From contig NMRA01000714.1 of NCBI GenBank assembly GCA_002633005.1, positions 60,400 through 124,399 on the forward strand: 64,000 nucleotides of DNA, read 5' to 3'. The notes below the pieces were generated by a model, which saw nothing but the letters and a program-made list of their open reading frames with translations, had not been told where the DNA came from and did no database searches. The position numbers and the translations under genes were made by a program. This document shows, one piece after another, positions 25,456 through 39,142 of this stretch. Every line of letters begins with the position of its first letter. The stretch's first letter is position 1. Origin of the DNA: Phoronis australis (taxonomy: Eukaryota > Animalia > Phoronida).

Positions 25456-26752
25456 CTATAATCAATTTCGACAATTTTACTAAATTGAATACCAACGGTA
25501 TTGACAAAATCAGTTTACAATACTAATTTATAACCAGTAACAAACTGCGCTTTCGTGCTCTGTTTCAAGGAAACAATAAATGTCAAAACCGAGCATTCCC
25601 AAGTCATTTTATGATTACAACACGTTCGTACATGCACATTTTATAATTTATGCAAACATGTGCTTCTCACATGCTCTAGGTCAGAGAATGCTAATAATGG
25701 GGCTATTGGACGAATTCTCCTCGCGGTGTCGCTGCTGTACTAGTGGTGACTGAATTGTGCATGCGTCGCTGTGTGCATGTAAACAGCTAGTAAAAAGACG
25801 GAATTGTTATCAAAGTACGTCGTCGCGCTACTACGCCTTTTTATAGCTATTTTCCCGGGTTCAAATCTCAAAAGACCTAAGGTTACTACAGGCGTGAAGA
25901 ATTGCGATCAAAAAGTCATCCAAGTGACAAAAAGTGTGTGGATGCCGAAGCTTCACGCTCCGTGGGTGCTCTATGCGTTATCTCCCCCAGTTACACCACT
26001 GAATAACGGGTTTATTCAGTGAAACTAAGCGTTTCTTTTGAGAAACTCACCCTGGACCGAGATGGTAGGCTAGCAACACATACTGTATTGTCCTGGGTGG
26101 GAGTGCTCTCAATATAAGACTCAAGAGGTGTATGGGACGTACCGCTCAGAAGTCAAAGGTGACTTTTTCACAGAAGTTACTTCTCAAAACTATGCTATGT
26201 CCAATAAAATTATCTCAATGAATGAGTTTCCTTATTTTATAGCGGACCTCACTCCCAGGACTGCCAGATTAGTTACCGAATTAACATCAATGGGCTATTC
26301 AGTAAATTCGTAACATTACATTGGAATAAATATTGACACCTAGAATGAATTTTGTTTGTTGAGATCAAAAACACATTTTAGGTGTCATGAAATGACTCAT
26401 AAATCACTTTTAGACTGTTTCACATATTTTAATTCAGATCTTCAGTAAGGCTTGGGTACATGAAGATGAAATGTCAAGTTTGTTCTGCCTCATAAAAATA
26501 GTTTTGTTTTCTTTTATAATTTACTAAAAATACGTCTCTGTTCTGTTACAGGTGAGAGAAAAAGACTGAAACCACGGCCTTACCGTCTATTTTACCTTTC
26601 GACAAAGTGAAAAGCAGTCCTTCATCAATAATCTGAGAGAATTGAACCTCTCAATTCAGAAAGTCAGCCCTTCATATCCCTGTTTTTGGACTCTATTGTA
26701 TTGGGAAAATTACCATTGTTTTCAACAATGTTGTTCCTTTGTATGTATGTAT

Positions 26753-29449
26753 CACAGGCGCTTGGGTTTATCGCAAATGACGTCACTCAATAATATATAT
26801 ATAAGAAAACATAAAGGTTGGACACTCGAAATCTGTTTGCTCAGAATTTTCTACTCAAATATGGAACTCCACGAAACTAGCATCGGACAACTCTTAGAAT
26901 ACCTTCTTTCATTCGATCTCTTCAAATTGCCGTCGAGTGGTGATTTGGCGACAAAAATGACAAAAGAATGCCAAAATCACAAATTCAAGAACGTGATTCC
27001 GTGATGTCATGGCAGACGATCTTCGCACATCCGGGTTTTTGAAGGACGCTCGCGAGCTAAATTCGAAAGTCTAATTTCGCGCGGCTTTCATCATCAATCC
27101 CTCGACTACTTGATCATGAGAAGCAGAGAGCACTTTATTTCCAAATAAATGTAATTACTCACATCTGTGACTCACCACCACAAAATGAGTCTTAAGTCGG
27201 GATTTGTCATTTTTTTAATTGTTATTTTTTCTGAAAATACAGTGTTTTCTGATCATTTTGAGGTATGACACATTTCCTTATCTTCACAAATAACCGAGTT
27301 ATTGCCAATTCTAGTCGGGGAAAGCGAAAATTTAGAGCTTTCAAAAGTCAAGGAAAATGGCCGACAAAAAGTGCCGATAGTGTCTTTAAAATTTCCATAG
27401 CAACCTGCAGTTGAATGCTACATTTCAGACTTATTAATATACACAACAACATAAACAGATAAAATTAATCAAAATTAGAAAGAATATAGACCTTATTATG
27501 TATTCTCAGCCAAAAAGGAGTGATATTCATGTTGGGTTGCTGCAACTGGGTCAATAAATTTCCCAGCTAAAGTATACAGGGTCAGTCCACTTGTGGCAGG
27601 ACGGGTTACCGCACGAGTAAAACAAGTAGTTAAGTGCATTTTGTAGAAGTTTAATAAAATGAAGTCCTTTTAGATTACAAAATACACGTTTCTGGCTGAT
27701 TTTTGTGCAAAATAATTCAAAATTTTACGCTAGTGTGAATAATTTTGTAAAAAATGACAATCACTCATCCCTATCCAAGTCCACTGACACTGACTGAAGA
27801 GCAACGATTTCTTCGACTTCTCACCGAGTGATTCAGCCCTATCGAAGATTGTTCTCTCTTGCAGTAATATTCAGCTGCTTACACCCCGATCCACTGGCTT
27901 TGCAGATACAAGACATTGTTGTGCGATTAAGCTAATCCGGACTGTTTTCTTCAAGTTCTGTTTGTTCCAATCCAACGACTTGGAATCCAACGTAACCGTA
28001 TTCGCGATGGGTCGATCATGAAACTCATCTGGCGACGGGTTGCTGTCGTCAGACGACTCGTCGCTGTCCCGAAATTCCTCCTTGTCTCCATCAACAAATG
28101 TGCTCTGATGAGTTCAGTTAATTCTCGCTGATCTTGATACGGCAGTCAGAGGCAAGAGTTAATCACTGAGGTATCAGCTACACGGCGACCAGCCATCTTA
28201 CGGTCTTGAAAACATGCCGTGACCTCGCGACCCCACAGTTTCACACCCACTTAACTAGTTCTAGCGAATGAGGTCAGCGATGCATTGGGTTAAAAGGTCG
28301 TTGCTAGCTAAAAGACTGGTGAGTGACACTTCTGTTGAAAATACCCCGAATGCAAAAAGTGAAATAACGACTGATGATTGGACGAAAAACTCAAAGAATT
28401 TACTACATGCATAATGAGCAGAGTTTGACCTTTCTGTTGATGTGTTTACGAGCGAATTGGGTCATCGGAAGACTGAGCAATGAGGACACGAAAACCGGCA
28501 AATTTCGATGAAAATTTCACGAGATATGCAGTCGTGGAGAAGGTGATGTTTTTCAAAATGAAATAAATAAGATTTAAAATGAAGTTTGCTTGTTTTAAAG
28601 TATTGTTTTGTGAAGTAGAATGAATAACTAATCATAATCTGCAATAAAAAAATTTGACCTAATTTTAACCGATAGCGACTGTTTTGCAGTCTGGTGAGGA
28701 AATAGAGTTTCCGACTTAAGACTCATTTCGCGGTGGTGGGTCACATATTTGTGTTAAATATAAATAATCCTGATACTGTATTGATATGCGAAGTTTTTGT
28801 GAACTGTGATTTCTCATGAAGGTTTTACTTTTGGCCAAAACCATTGAGTTAACTCGTCGGCCACGCGCATTGTAATACTTGCACGGACTGCGTTTCCTGG
28901 CCGAGTGTGTGTTGTGCTTCAATCAAAAAAGTGCGTGATGTCAAGATGAGAAACAAAATACGCCAGTTTATGTAATAAAATTCTAAGTTAAGGGCTAAAA
29001 TGAGCCGTCAGTGGAATAAAGTTACAAATAATCATAAAATACTAACTTCAACATTCTCAATTAGTTGAGTTTTGGATTAGAATTTTTGAAATTGAAATAT
29101 GGGTTGCTTGCTCAAACTCGAAGTTTCACCTACGACAGGCGTACAAGTTGAAGCACAACTGAAATCCGCCATGTTTACTATTTCAGGTCCTTGAATTCTG
29201 AGTTTTGAGATTGTTTTAGAAATTCCATCGCCAATTCACCACTCACGAAGACAGTTAATGGGATCTAGGAAAGATAAGGCTTCGAAGGTTTATGCAACAC
29301 CAGACTGAGGGAGGTGCACGCAGATTTTATTTGGATTTTGGACTGTTGAAGTTGGGAGCCTCGGCTTGGCAAAGTTTAAGTGTCCAACCTTTATGTTTTC
29401 TTATATATATTATTGAGTAACGTCATTTGCGATAAACCAAGCGCCTGTG
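26753..29449. mobile_element. TIR element with CACAG ends (P-, hAT- or Chapaev-like; unresolved) nested in ISL2EU copy A
   Basis: ~72-bp TIRs CACAGGCGCTTGG..AAAGGTTGGACACT; GTATGTAT on both sides; empty site visible in copy B at ~51672-51690. Confidence 0.85.
27167..28744 (-). mobile_element. TIR element, possibly Sola1-like; innermost of the nest
   Basis: ~34-bp TIRs GTGACTCACCACCACAAAATGAGTCTTAAGTCGG / CCGACTTAAGACTCATTTCGCGGTGGTGGGTCAC; flanks ATCT / ATAT. Decayed minus-strand coding stub (~27800-28197) with an acidic tract and CICK..GCK. Confidence 0.65.
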
Positions 29450-32400
29450 GTATGTATGTGGTTGTTCAGTTTGCCATTTTGTACACAGGTTATTTTTTAT
29501 TCTCGAGTCATGTGTATAGCAGATTCGTATCCAGCTAGCTACAATTGAAAACATACTTTCTTTGCATGTGGAATTTTTATTATAGATAAGTTAACACAAA
29601 ACTTAAAGCTGCTCAAAGGCCTTTTTAAAAAAGATCTTAAAATAGTGACACATACAAACCAATCAAATGCAAACAAAGGGAATACTTCGTTGTAATCGCT
29701 GAACATTTCAACATTAGGTCAACAGGAAAACGACAATTCGCAAGCGTAATCGGTAATCAATTCAGCTTAATAAAGAAGCAGTACAACTGCGCTTTGGGGC
29801 TTTAAAGCTAAAGAAAAATTGTGGTTTGAATAATTAGTGATAAACTTTCCTGTGAATGAAAAATTTAATCGATCATCAAAGTGTAACATTAATGGATTTT
29901 CCACTGAAAATTAGACGATTGATGCAGTCATTGAATATCATATCCGCATAATGTGTACCGAATTGAAAAGTTTTTACCATCAGTATAAAGCCTGTCTTCT
30001 GAAAGGAAAAGGTAATGTCACTCAGTGAGAATGGACAGGTGCACCTGTATACCAGATGCTTTTGGTTTTCATTTCACTGGCATTCGTTAATGAGTGTTAA
30101 TAGGTCTTCTTTAGCTTCAGTCCCTCATGTTTCTTCCAGGAAAGGGAACAAGTCATTGTTGTTCACACCTGACTCATTGCGTATCACAGTGAAAAGGCAT
30201 CCTCACCAACGAGGCTGGTTGGTGTGGCAGACAGATATAGTGCCTTTCCACACACAAACAATCCACTGGCACATTTTCTTATGGTAACTTAATACTGTGA
30301 TTCACATTTCTCCAGGCCACTGGCTTGTGCCATGCAGCACTGCTGGTGTGTGGACATGTTGTGGGAAGAGAAAGGAGTAACAAAGCTTGTCTATGTTGCG
30401 GCTTGAAGTGGCCTTAAAATGTCACTAAACCTGGAACAAAATTGAAACATGAACAATTAAGTACTTCAGATTGAGTAAAAAAATGTTGCCCCTCATTTTC
30501 AAAAATATGACATGGAAGCTTCTCTATAATTTCACACAAAATTAAATTATTGCTATTTCCAGAAAGCAAGGGTGTATATAATAAGTTTTGTATAAAACTG
30601 CGTGTTTGTTTTTCATTCCTAGCCATAGCAATTCTTTAAACGCATTACTTGTCTGCAAAATATGCAAGTTATTTGAGACAACTTTAAACCTTTGTCACCA
30701 ATTTTCAAGCCTTTTGATTTTTGACAATTTCAGCAAAAGAACACCAATTAAAGATTCATGGGTCTGTCAAGCACACTTAAGGTCTAAGGCTGAGGAAACC
30801 GTTCCTCAGATTTTTTATTTTTCTTCTAATAGAAGATATGAAGACTTGGGCCATTTAAAAATCATAGATAATCTTTATGTTGTTTAATAGTAATTAAAAA
30901 TCCTGATGCACCATTGATAAAATGTTCAAACATGACTTCACTCGTACATTCACAGCAAAAAAATGCAGTTTTCACAAAAGTGGCAGTCCTGTGAATTTAT
31001 AAACGACTTGCAACATTTCAAGACATGAGTTCAGTCATTGAGAATTCAGAAAATTTAATTCTTATGGGTTTACAATGGATGGTAAAACAGCTTCATCAAA
31101 CGTGAAAGAACTTCGTGAAGGTTAAGAATTACCTCACCATGCTCTTTCCCCCAGACACTATTACCTGTTATTTCCACACATTCAGTAGCACCAAAATCTA
31201 CAACCCCAACCCCCTATGCCAACCTTCCGCTTAGGGCCTAAATACGTAAATTAACAAAAGAACTTACTTTCTTAAAAAATAGCTTCCCTTTTCAAAGGCT
31301 TTGTTCGTTGTCTCCGATATAGAAAGTAGGTTTTGACAACAGATCTGCACTGGATGGGAAGATCTTGCTGGTTAGCAGCAGTCAACTGCTTAAAACTAAT
31401 GTTTGTCCATTCAGGAAAGGTTGCAGAAGCGATGCATATCTCCTCTGCATGGTACCAGCCCTTTAGCCTAAAAACCAAAAGTCAGGTGAAAACATACATG
31501 ATAAATTCCCATGTCAACGTGTAATAGACTTCCGAACGACATAGGATAGGGAGTAAACAATTAGTCTAATGGATATTTGTCACGAGCCCTTTGAGCTTGG
31601 ATTGTAATCTTACCGCACTAATAACCAATATCAAGTTTACAACATAAACATTCAGCATTGATTGATGTAATTGTCCTTGATAAGCCTGTTAGAAATCATT
31701 CCAAACATTAATAATACTGCTTTGACGTGCGAAAAGATCCCGAGTGCTACGTCAAGTATCGTAACGTGGAATAATCGTTAAAATAATCACAAACCTTACC
31801 TTTCTATAAGGTCATGCTCACTTCCTCTTGTAGAAGCACCCGTTTCACGCAATCTCAGATTCAGTTGGCACGGCTGCAAGCCATTTCACCATGTATTGAA
31901 GGGCTCACGACATCGAGGCTGCTTAATCTATCACCACTAGTACACGCGCGCCCTCTAGTAACGTAAAGATTGTCGAATTGCCCCATTATACATTTGGAAG
32001 TATGTGTAGCACATGTTGGTTAAGTCCACGTATCTGGTGTCTCACAGTAACACAAGAGAGTCACACCTTGTGCAGGTTCAGTATAGATGTACGTTAACAA
32101 TTTGGTACTCAAGATGATACGCTGGGTTTTGGGAGTACGCATAGCTCTAAATTTACCACTACAACAATGATACTAAGCAACAATAACCCGTGCTTTTTAT
32201 CTAAAAGAGTTTTATTCTAGGTCATCTGTAGTTATGAAATTGGTCTCAAATTGTTCCTTGGTAAAAATAGGTGTGATTTCTAAACTTAGAAAGTTCGTTA
32301 TGTCTTCCGACCATACTCATAAAATTGAGCTCATGCTGTCACGAACTGTCGATTCTTTCCTAGCCCAGTGATCACGTGGTCTAATCAAGACCGATTTTAT

Positions 32401-33125
32401 TCGAATGTTTAGTGTTGACGTGTCATGGCAGTAAGGGACGCAATTTGGACCCCAAAACAAGGATAGACATGCCGTCACACTGGGTACAAAACGTCATAAT
32501 GACGTCATGCAAAACATTCCTATAACGGTACGTAGCCCACGTCAAACATTTTCGGCAGACACAGGTTTAACGCTTGCACTTATTATGAAGTTAAATAAGC
32601 CTACGTGTATCCAACGTATAAGCCACAAACGTTCCAAGATTCAACACGCTGTAATTTCAACAGTTTCATTTTGCATGAAAAGAAATAATTTACTATCATA
32701 ATTTGTTATAGTAATAATAAGTATAACTAAAATCCAGTAGCGGATTTAGAAGGGGGCCATGCCTCCGCCCCCTAAAATTCTCCCACATGCCATATGCCAG
32801 TTCGGGAGTGCATGCGTGATTGATAAAGGAAATATCCTACAGAGGGCAGATGGTTGTGTCAACATCGTCTCATTCGACCCAACTCTTTGAATGGATGAGC
32901 TATGGATTTTAATTTTAAGTGCTTTCAATAACATATTAGCTTTACAACTGCAAAATTAGATTATTTCGGGCTTCAATATTTTTTTGCGTTTAATTCTGTT
33001 ACTTATTTTTCTCCACAAACCACTTCTCAGTAAATGTCATGTCTTGTAATTAGTTGCAAACACAACTTTCTGAATAACCACTGACGACATAGTGTATACA
33101 TGTACATACTGTAACTTCATACTGA

Positions 33126-33345
33126 GGAGGCAGTGTGGCCTATTGTGATAAGTCCCTGCATTCTACACTCGAGGTCGCGGGTTCGAGTCCCACTTGGTCA
33201 CACTGCCAAACCCTAGAGTCGGGTTTCTAGCCACTCAGCTCCGTTTTAACTATTGAAACGTAAAAATGGTTCCAATTGATCAGTTCCATAGGCCTGCGTG
33301 CGACCGGTACAGCGTGTATCAGACCGCCTGCACTAACTTTCTTAG
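33126..33345 (+). mobile_element. tRNA-derived SINE, copy 2
   Basis: GGAGGCAGTGTGGCCTATTGTG..GGTTCGAGTCCC, body homologous to 12930-13166. Confidence 0.8.
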
Positions 33346-33943
33346 TCTCATTCTGTCATAACATTACATGTGTGTGAGTGTGGCGATATAATGTATTGAA
33401 TTTTACGGAGATGTTTCCTCCATCAGCTGTCTTCATGATACCTATTTTAAAGCACCAGTTTTTAATTTGGTGTAGTGACAAAACTAAAACAGGTGTAAGT
33501 AAACAAATTTTAGAAAAATGAAGAGAAGCCACCAAATTTTATTGATACAAAGTTTTACAAACACACGCTCAAACTTGATTGAAAGTACAAACCATTAAAT
33601 CTTGGTACTTTTTGTAACACGATGCGTGTGAACTATCCTGATTATGAAGTTAAGGACATAACGAAGAGTAGTGTCTTACGTCGTAGCCGCTTCATAAGAC
33701 TCTTTCCCGTTTCACGGCATTTAGGGTCTACCCCCCTCTCCTTGCCAACCCGCTCCTTCCTAATTAAATTCCGCTGACGGGCTTAGGGTGTTGTATTTAA
33801 GGAGACAAGCACAATTTTCGAAGGAAAATGTTCATGTACGCCCCAGAAACGACACGCCGATGGTGTAGTTTGGTCGTACTTGTATTAGGCGGGGCCCCAC
33901 GGGCGCCCTAATTCAGCATACGAGTTAGGCCTACTGTTTTTAC

Positions 33944-34055
33944 CTGATCTGGACAGGTCGTATTTGTCTTGAAGTGCAGACCATCTCCAAGCTGCTGAGT
34001 CCAGTGTTCGCCAATTTTACGCGACGTCTTCCACACTGCAATTTCAGTTCCGTTT
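33944..34055 (-). CDS. CASD1-like SGNH gene, exon 6 (catalytic DxxH)
   Basis: TTTTTCGCCAG| ... CAG|GTAAAA; encodes NGTEIAVWKTSRKIGEHWTQQLGDGLHFKTNTTCPDQ; phase 2 matches exon 5. Confidence 0.85.
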
Positions 34056-35318
34056 CTGGCGAAAAAGAGAATTCACGTGTACATGTAAGTCGGCTTTTCT
34101 TAGAGGCAAGACACTCGACCAACTACCGGAGGGGGTGAAAATGGTGTCGGTCGGGGTTATTATCATCTGATCTGTCCTTATTATATGGGCCGCGCACCAT
34201 AGGGGGCTCGGGGGGGGGGGGGGCTATAGCTCCCACATTTTTCAGTGCTGTGCCGCCCATGACCTTATGAGTGGTGCATCACTGGGGGGGCTGTATTAAA
34301 GAAAAACGAACCGAATTTGATATTGTCAGGTCTACTACAATTAACCCGACTCCTTCGTATTATATCTTGGGCAGGTGTCGTTTAATATGATTAACCCTTA
34401 AGCAGTACAAGAACGCTGTCGTGTTGTTCGAAAATGATTACATCTGCTGTCAAAGTGTCAGAAGTATAGATTTTATTAAAATCCTTCTGTAAATGTGTGC
34501 AGTCGGGTAAAAAGGAAACTTTATTCAATTTCCAAAGTGAGCCCTTTTGATGGCCTTTCAATTTGAAAAGTGACTTATTCGTATGGAAGCTGGTTTTGAA
34601 AAATCTCCTTCTGAGCGTTACGATTGCAACTTCCATGGGGAGTACCCCCCACGATTACATCCCAGGAACGCACGTCAGCGTGGTTGTTGTTATTAGTTCA
34701 TTGTCGCAGGTTCCCCCATTTTTAAATAGTGTGGTGACCAACCGGTATTGCTGTATGTAAACAATGGGCTGTTATTGTTACATCCCTTGTTCATATTTCA
34801 TCAGTCGTGTTCCTCCTACTGAAGAAGTACATGTATATGTTCACAATTCTCGTCATTTAAAAATGATCACTCAGTAATGGGTCCCTATCAGTCAGTAGGC
34901 TATAGATAGATTTCTGGCACCAGTTATTCGCCAAAATGGGAAGAAAGAGAGAGAGAGGGAGAGGGAGAGGGAGAGAGAGAGAGACTATAATTCCGCCTTT
35001 CCTTTGAAATTGGTCTCAAAGTGTTCTTCAGTCAAACTGCAGGTGATTTATTTCAGGCATTTGCAAGAACTGACACACAAGTTGGCATGTCACAGCGTGT
35101 CATTTTATGGAGTGACCATGATCTCAACCAAGAACTGACACACAAGTTGGCATGTCACAGCGTGTCATTTTATGGACTGACCTTGACCTTAACCAATAAC
35201 AAATAGCCAGTTCTTTACAAACCCAGAAATAAGTACACTGCAAAATAAAGTGGACCCAATGAAAAGTGTGGTTCTTAGACGGAACACGGATTCATAACAG
35301 CTTCAAAAGTGCTCTTAC

Positions 35319-35530
35319 AGAACTTCCAGAGCGACTTGGTTGTAGGCATCGAATTGTTGGTTTGTAAGCGGGCACCTTTTCTGGGCGTTTGTCATGCGCT
35401 CAGTTATCACTGGGTCCTCTAACTTCCAAATCACGCGCGTTCCTTCCTGCTGGAGTCGCTTCATGAGCGGAAGTGCCTTCTCTCGTAAATTCGCTGTAAA
35501 AGCAGACAATATGGTACGAAACACCTCGTG
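35319..35530 (-). CDS. CASD1-like SGNH gene, exon 5
   Basis: ..ALPLMKRLQQEGTRVIWKLEDPVITERM..LTNQQFDAYNQVALEVL resembles CASD1 W.LQDPV..ITNEKIDAYN; donor CT|GTAAGA. The acceptor is ambiguous (TAGAG; the frame needs the second AG). Confidence 0.8.
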
Positions 35531-36211
35531 CTCTACAATAAACTGGTTAATGGCTTAGTCAATGTTGTAAACACTGGTGACTGTTTCACGTTGATGTCAT
35601 CTGATCGCTCTTCGTGCTGCAATATTTTTGCAGTAAGTACAAGCTCCATGAAGTTTCTGTCTACCATTAGAATACGAAATAACTTGAGCCAAGATGTAGT
35701 AACGGTTCCTTCTGCTGCTGATATCTCCAATATAGGATCAGCTTCACAAACCCCTTTATGAGACAAGACCATTATACTTGATTTTTTTACAACTTATACC
35801 CAGTCAAGCACTTTCCTATACATGTCCAGTTTGTCTGCAAACCGGTTCCCTAAATAAAAGCTGTGAGCTATATTCGGAGGTACAATAAAACATTTTCTAC
35901 GATCTATATGTTTTTCCCAAAAGGAACAATGTCAGGAAGTGCCAAAGAAAAAAGCTTTAAGAGAAACAGGAGAGAAAAAGAAAAAGAACAGTGTATTATA
36001 TCATAAGTAAAAACAGACACAGAATACGTTTTGTGAATACACCGATGGGATTTCATCACTAGTGGCAGTCGTTCACGCGAGTCACATCCGAAAAACGTGA
36101 CTTCGCATAGAATGTGAATCGCCACAGTAAGAACTGCCCTGATAAAAATTACACTTAATATCTAATACTAAATTTTCATAGAAGACTTAATGACGGTCGC
36201 TCTGATGAATA

Positions 36212-36820
36212 CAGCACACATCACGTAATTTTGTCCGACCGGTCGGAAATTGGTCGACGACCAGCCGTCTAGCCGACCATCAGCCGACCAACAACGGTCT
36301 GCTGGGAGCCGTACACAGGCACTATATCTGCGCGTGCACGACAGATGTACACAGGCACTATGTCTGCGCGTGCACGACAGGTGTACACAAACAATTATGG
36401 TTGATAAAATTTATTACAAATGATCATTTAAAATAGATTAATTTCGACTATTTCTAAGAATGGTATGACATGTTATAAGATGTTGATAAGAATTAATATT
36501 AACCAAAGGTGTAATATCAGATCTAGATTTTTTTCATCAGCCCTAGTAACTTATACGAATGTTTGTCACTAACCAAAAACGATCCGTAAATTATGATCAG
36601 ACTGATATATGTGAACGATGATCAGTTTCGTCAGAATTCACATCAACCAAAATGGAGGTGCAAGATTTTTATACAAGCATTACTTATTATAAGGTCAGAA
36701 AATATGATTAAAACAGTGAAGAAGATGAACAGTATACACAGTGTTGACCGGTCCGACCGTTCGACGGCCGGTCGTCGACTCCTAGCCGACCGGTCGGACA
36801 GAAATTCGTGATGTGTGCTG
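36212..36820. mobile_element. MITE with TA flanks
   Basis: TA|CAGCACACATCACG..GTCCGACCGGTCGG mirrored by CCGACCGGTCGGAC..CGTGATGTGTGCTG|TA. Confidence 0.75.
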
Positions 36821-36945
36821 TATGTTGGGAGTTCGAGATGATGATAATAATCGGGAGAGGAAAGTGCTTTCAAAACCGTAGAAAATCTATTGAAATTCAT
36901 ATCAAAATTGCACGGTAACACATCAATACATACAATGTAATGCAA

Positions 36946-37097
36946 ATCAAAATAAATCAATTTCTAGACTTACTGTATACTAATTTTCAGGTTGCATTCC
37001 CATCTCGAAGATTTCTACAGATCGACAAGTCTCCGAGATGGGGAGGCGGCGACATCATTAGTACAAAGTAAGTCCAGAGATTGGTTTATTTTGATGT
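36946..37097. repeat. ~150-bp imperfect hairpin (small MITE)
   Basis: ATCAAAATAAATCAAT..GACTTAC..TCCCATCTCG mirrored by CGAGATGGGA..GTAAGTC..ATTGGTTTATTTTGAT. Confidence 0.7.
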
Positions 37098-37999
37098 ACA
37101 TGTACATTATTCCACAATTGCATGAGTAACATACATTATATTACATCAATACATACATTCAAACCTTTTTAGTGCTGTTTCTCGTGGCTTATTGCGATCG
37201 TAATAACAAATCATCCACTGAAAATATACAAAGGAATCTAACTTCAGTGCGTTATTCATGTATGCATTGCAAGTATCCATTTTCATCATGTTTTGCTGAC
37301 TAAGAACAAAAATCGAATTAAGCTGTTTGCTCACATGAAACTGGTATCATAATATTCCTTAAGGTGATAGGATTCTATTTCCATTACCAACAAGAACGCC
37401 AACACTATCAGCGACTCATTCAACACGCGACACAACTTATTGGGTTTAGAAACCCTGAAAAAGTGAACTCCGTCTAAAATGACGCAAGCATGCATTGCCT
37501 TTGACTCGAGTTAGTAACGGAAATCCTTCGCTATTTTGGCTTTTAGCCACCTAATCAGGTGAAAATTAACCTTTTAAAGTGTATCTCAGGTCCGTAGTCA
37601 GCATTGCGGGGGATTTTCGGTGGGAGGACCTTTGATAATTTGCACACGTCGACACTGTACATGTACATATATGTAGAGTAATCGGTAAGGACCTTAATTA
37701 AGGGGAATCGAAATCTGTATACACAACGATGACTCAGCTTTGTACCCGAAATGAGACGAAATTCGTAATACCATAAATGAGGATGCCGTGATTGTTGCTA
37801 GCAAAGAACGAGACTAAAATTCGGATGTAATGTGGTCTAAAACGAGAACATTCTCGCGTTAACCCCTTCCAAACTTGCAAATCAGGCGTGCTTAAGTGAA
37901 TGACCACACCTCATTACATACCCGGACGGAAATATTTAGTCGGCGAATGATTTGAATTTTTGTCAGCTTGTAATTTATGTGTTACTTAAGTTGCTATTG

Positions 38000-38486
38000 C
38001 GAAGGTTCACTACTCCGAAGGTTCGCTACCCCGAAGGTTCGTTACCCCGAAGGCCAGCTACCCCGAAGGTTCGCTAACCCGAAGGCTCGCTACCCCGAAG
38101 GTTCGCTACCCCGAAGGTTCGCTAACCCGAAGGATCGCCACCCCGAAGGTTCGCTACCCCGAAGGTTCGCTACCCCGAAGGTTCGCTACCCCGAAGGNNN
38201 NNNNNNNNNNNNNNNNNNNNNNNNNNNNNNNNNNNNNNNNNNNNNNNNNNNNNNNNNNNNNNNNNNNNNNNNNNNNNNNNNNNNNCTGAAGGTTCACTAC
38301 CCTGAAGGTTCACTACTCTGAAGGTTCACTACTCTGAAGGTTCACTACTCTGAAGGTTCACTACTCTGAAGGTTCACTACTCTGAAGGTTCACTACTCTG
38401 AAGGCTCACTACTCCGAAAGTTCACTACTCTAATTTTTCTCTACTCTGAGGGTTCACTACCCTGAAGGTTCACTACTTTGAAGGTT
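38000..38486. repeat. 16-bp satellite spanning an assembly gap (N at 38198-38285)
   Basis: CCGAAGGTTCGCTACC units left of the gap, CTGAAGGTTCACTACT units right of it. Confidence 0.95.
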
Positions 38487-38551
38487 CTCCCCTCTCAATT
38501 AATTCCGGTCTCTTATAAAAGGTAAAGTTTCAAGAAAGACGTGATGCTTAC

Positions 38552-38659
38552 CGCAGCCATTCCAATGACTACTAGTTCCGGTCTACCGTAGTGAATATCG
38601 TGCTCTATCCAACGGTCGTACCAATGGGATTCATTGATGTAGGGAGAATAGGCAAAATC
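38552..38659 (-). CDS. CASD1-like SGNH gene, exon 4
   Basis: TTTTTCAG| ... GCG|GTAAGC; 36 codons DFAYSPYINESHWYDRWIEHDIHYGRPELVVIGMAA; phase 0 at both ends. Confidence 0.85.
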
Positions 38660-39142
38660 CTGAAAAATGAAATTGAGAATGGAAATAGCATCGCAAAATA
38701 TACATCAGAGAGTGGTTGTCCAATATTTTCAATTAACTATTCACTGCTTGCTGTATAAAAGATGCATCACTGTACAATTGGTAAATTACGTCCGCGTGCA
38801 TGCTTATTCAAGTACTGTACATTCCTTTCGCATTCGTAACATGTTAATTTTCTCCCTGATTATGACTTCGGCCAATCTTGCTATAAAACAGATGCATTTA
38901 CAAAAGTGAGCACGTTATTTAGAAAACCGCGAGCAATAAATACCAAGTCAAGTCGTGGAATCGAACTCGTAACTCTCGGTTGTGTTTCTAAATCACCGTG
39001 TCCCCGTGACCCAAAACGTTTGAACATATCTTCACGGGTAACATTGTATTTGTGAAAGCGTTTCGTGTAAACTGGGAATACTTAACTTACAAGAAACTTA
39101 ACAGGTATTTTGAGTATTTTGTTGATTTACATAAAACGCGCA

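Larger units (their letters stand above)
25699..31984 (+). mobile_element. ISL2EU (PIF/Harbinger-related) element, copy A, with nested insertions
   Basis: AT|GGGGCTATTGGAC...GTCGAATTGCCCC|AT. THAP relics on + (YCIVLG ~26081; GERKRLKP..PSI ~26551). YqaJ-like relics on - (TPAVLHG..VALEK..GLFV..YLSATPTSLVGED, ~30200-30360; a further exon at 31272-31478). Confidence 0.82.

Noticed and set aside
26753-29449. RAG/Transib-like transposon because the ends start CACAG
   Set aside because: The heptamer is CACAGGC, there is no nonamer, the flanks do not give a 5-bp TSD, and no RAG-like coding relic is present.
34391-34770. ~125-codon minus-strand frame with one stop in intron 5
   Set aside because: No recognisable motif, and exons 5 and 6 already join in phase without it.
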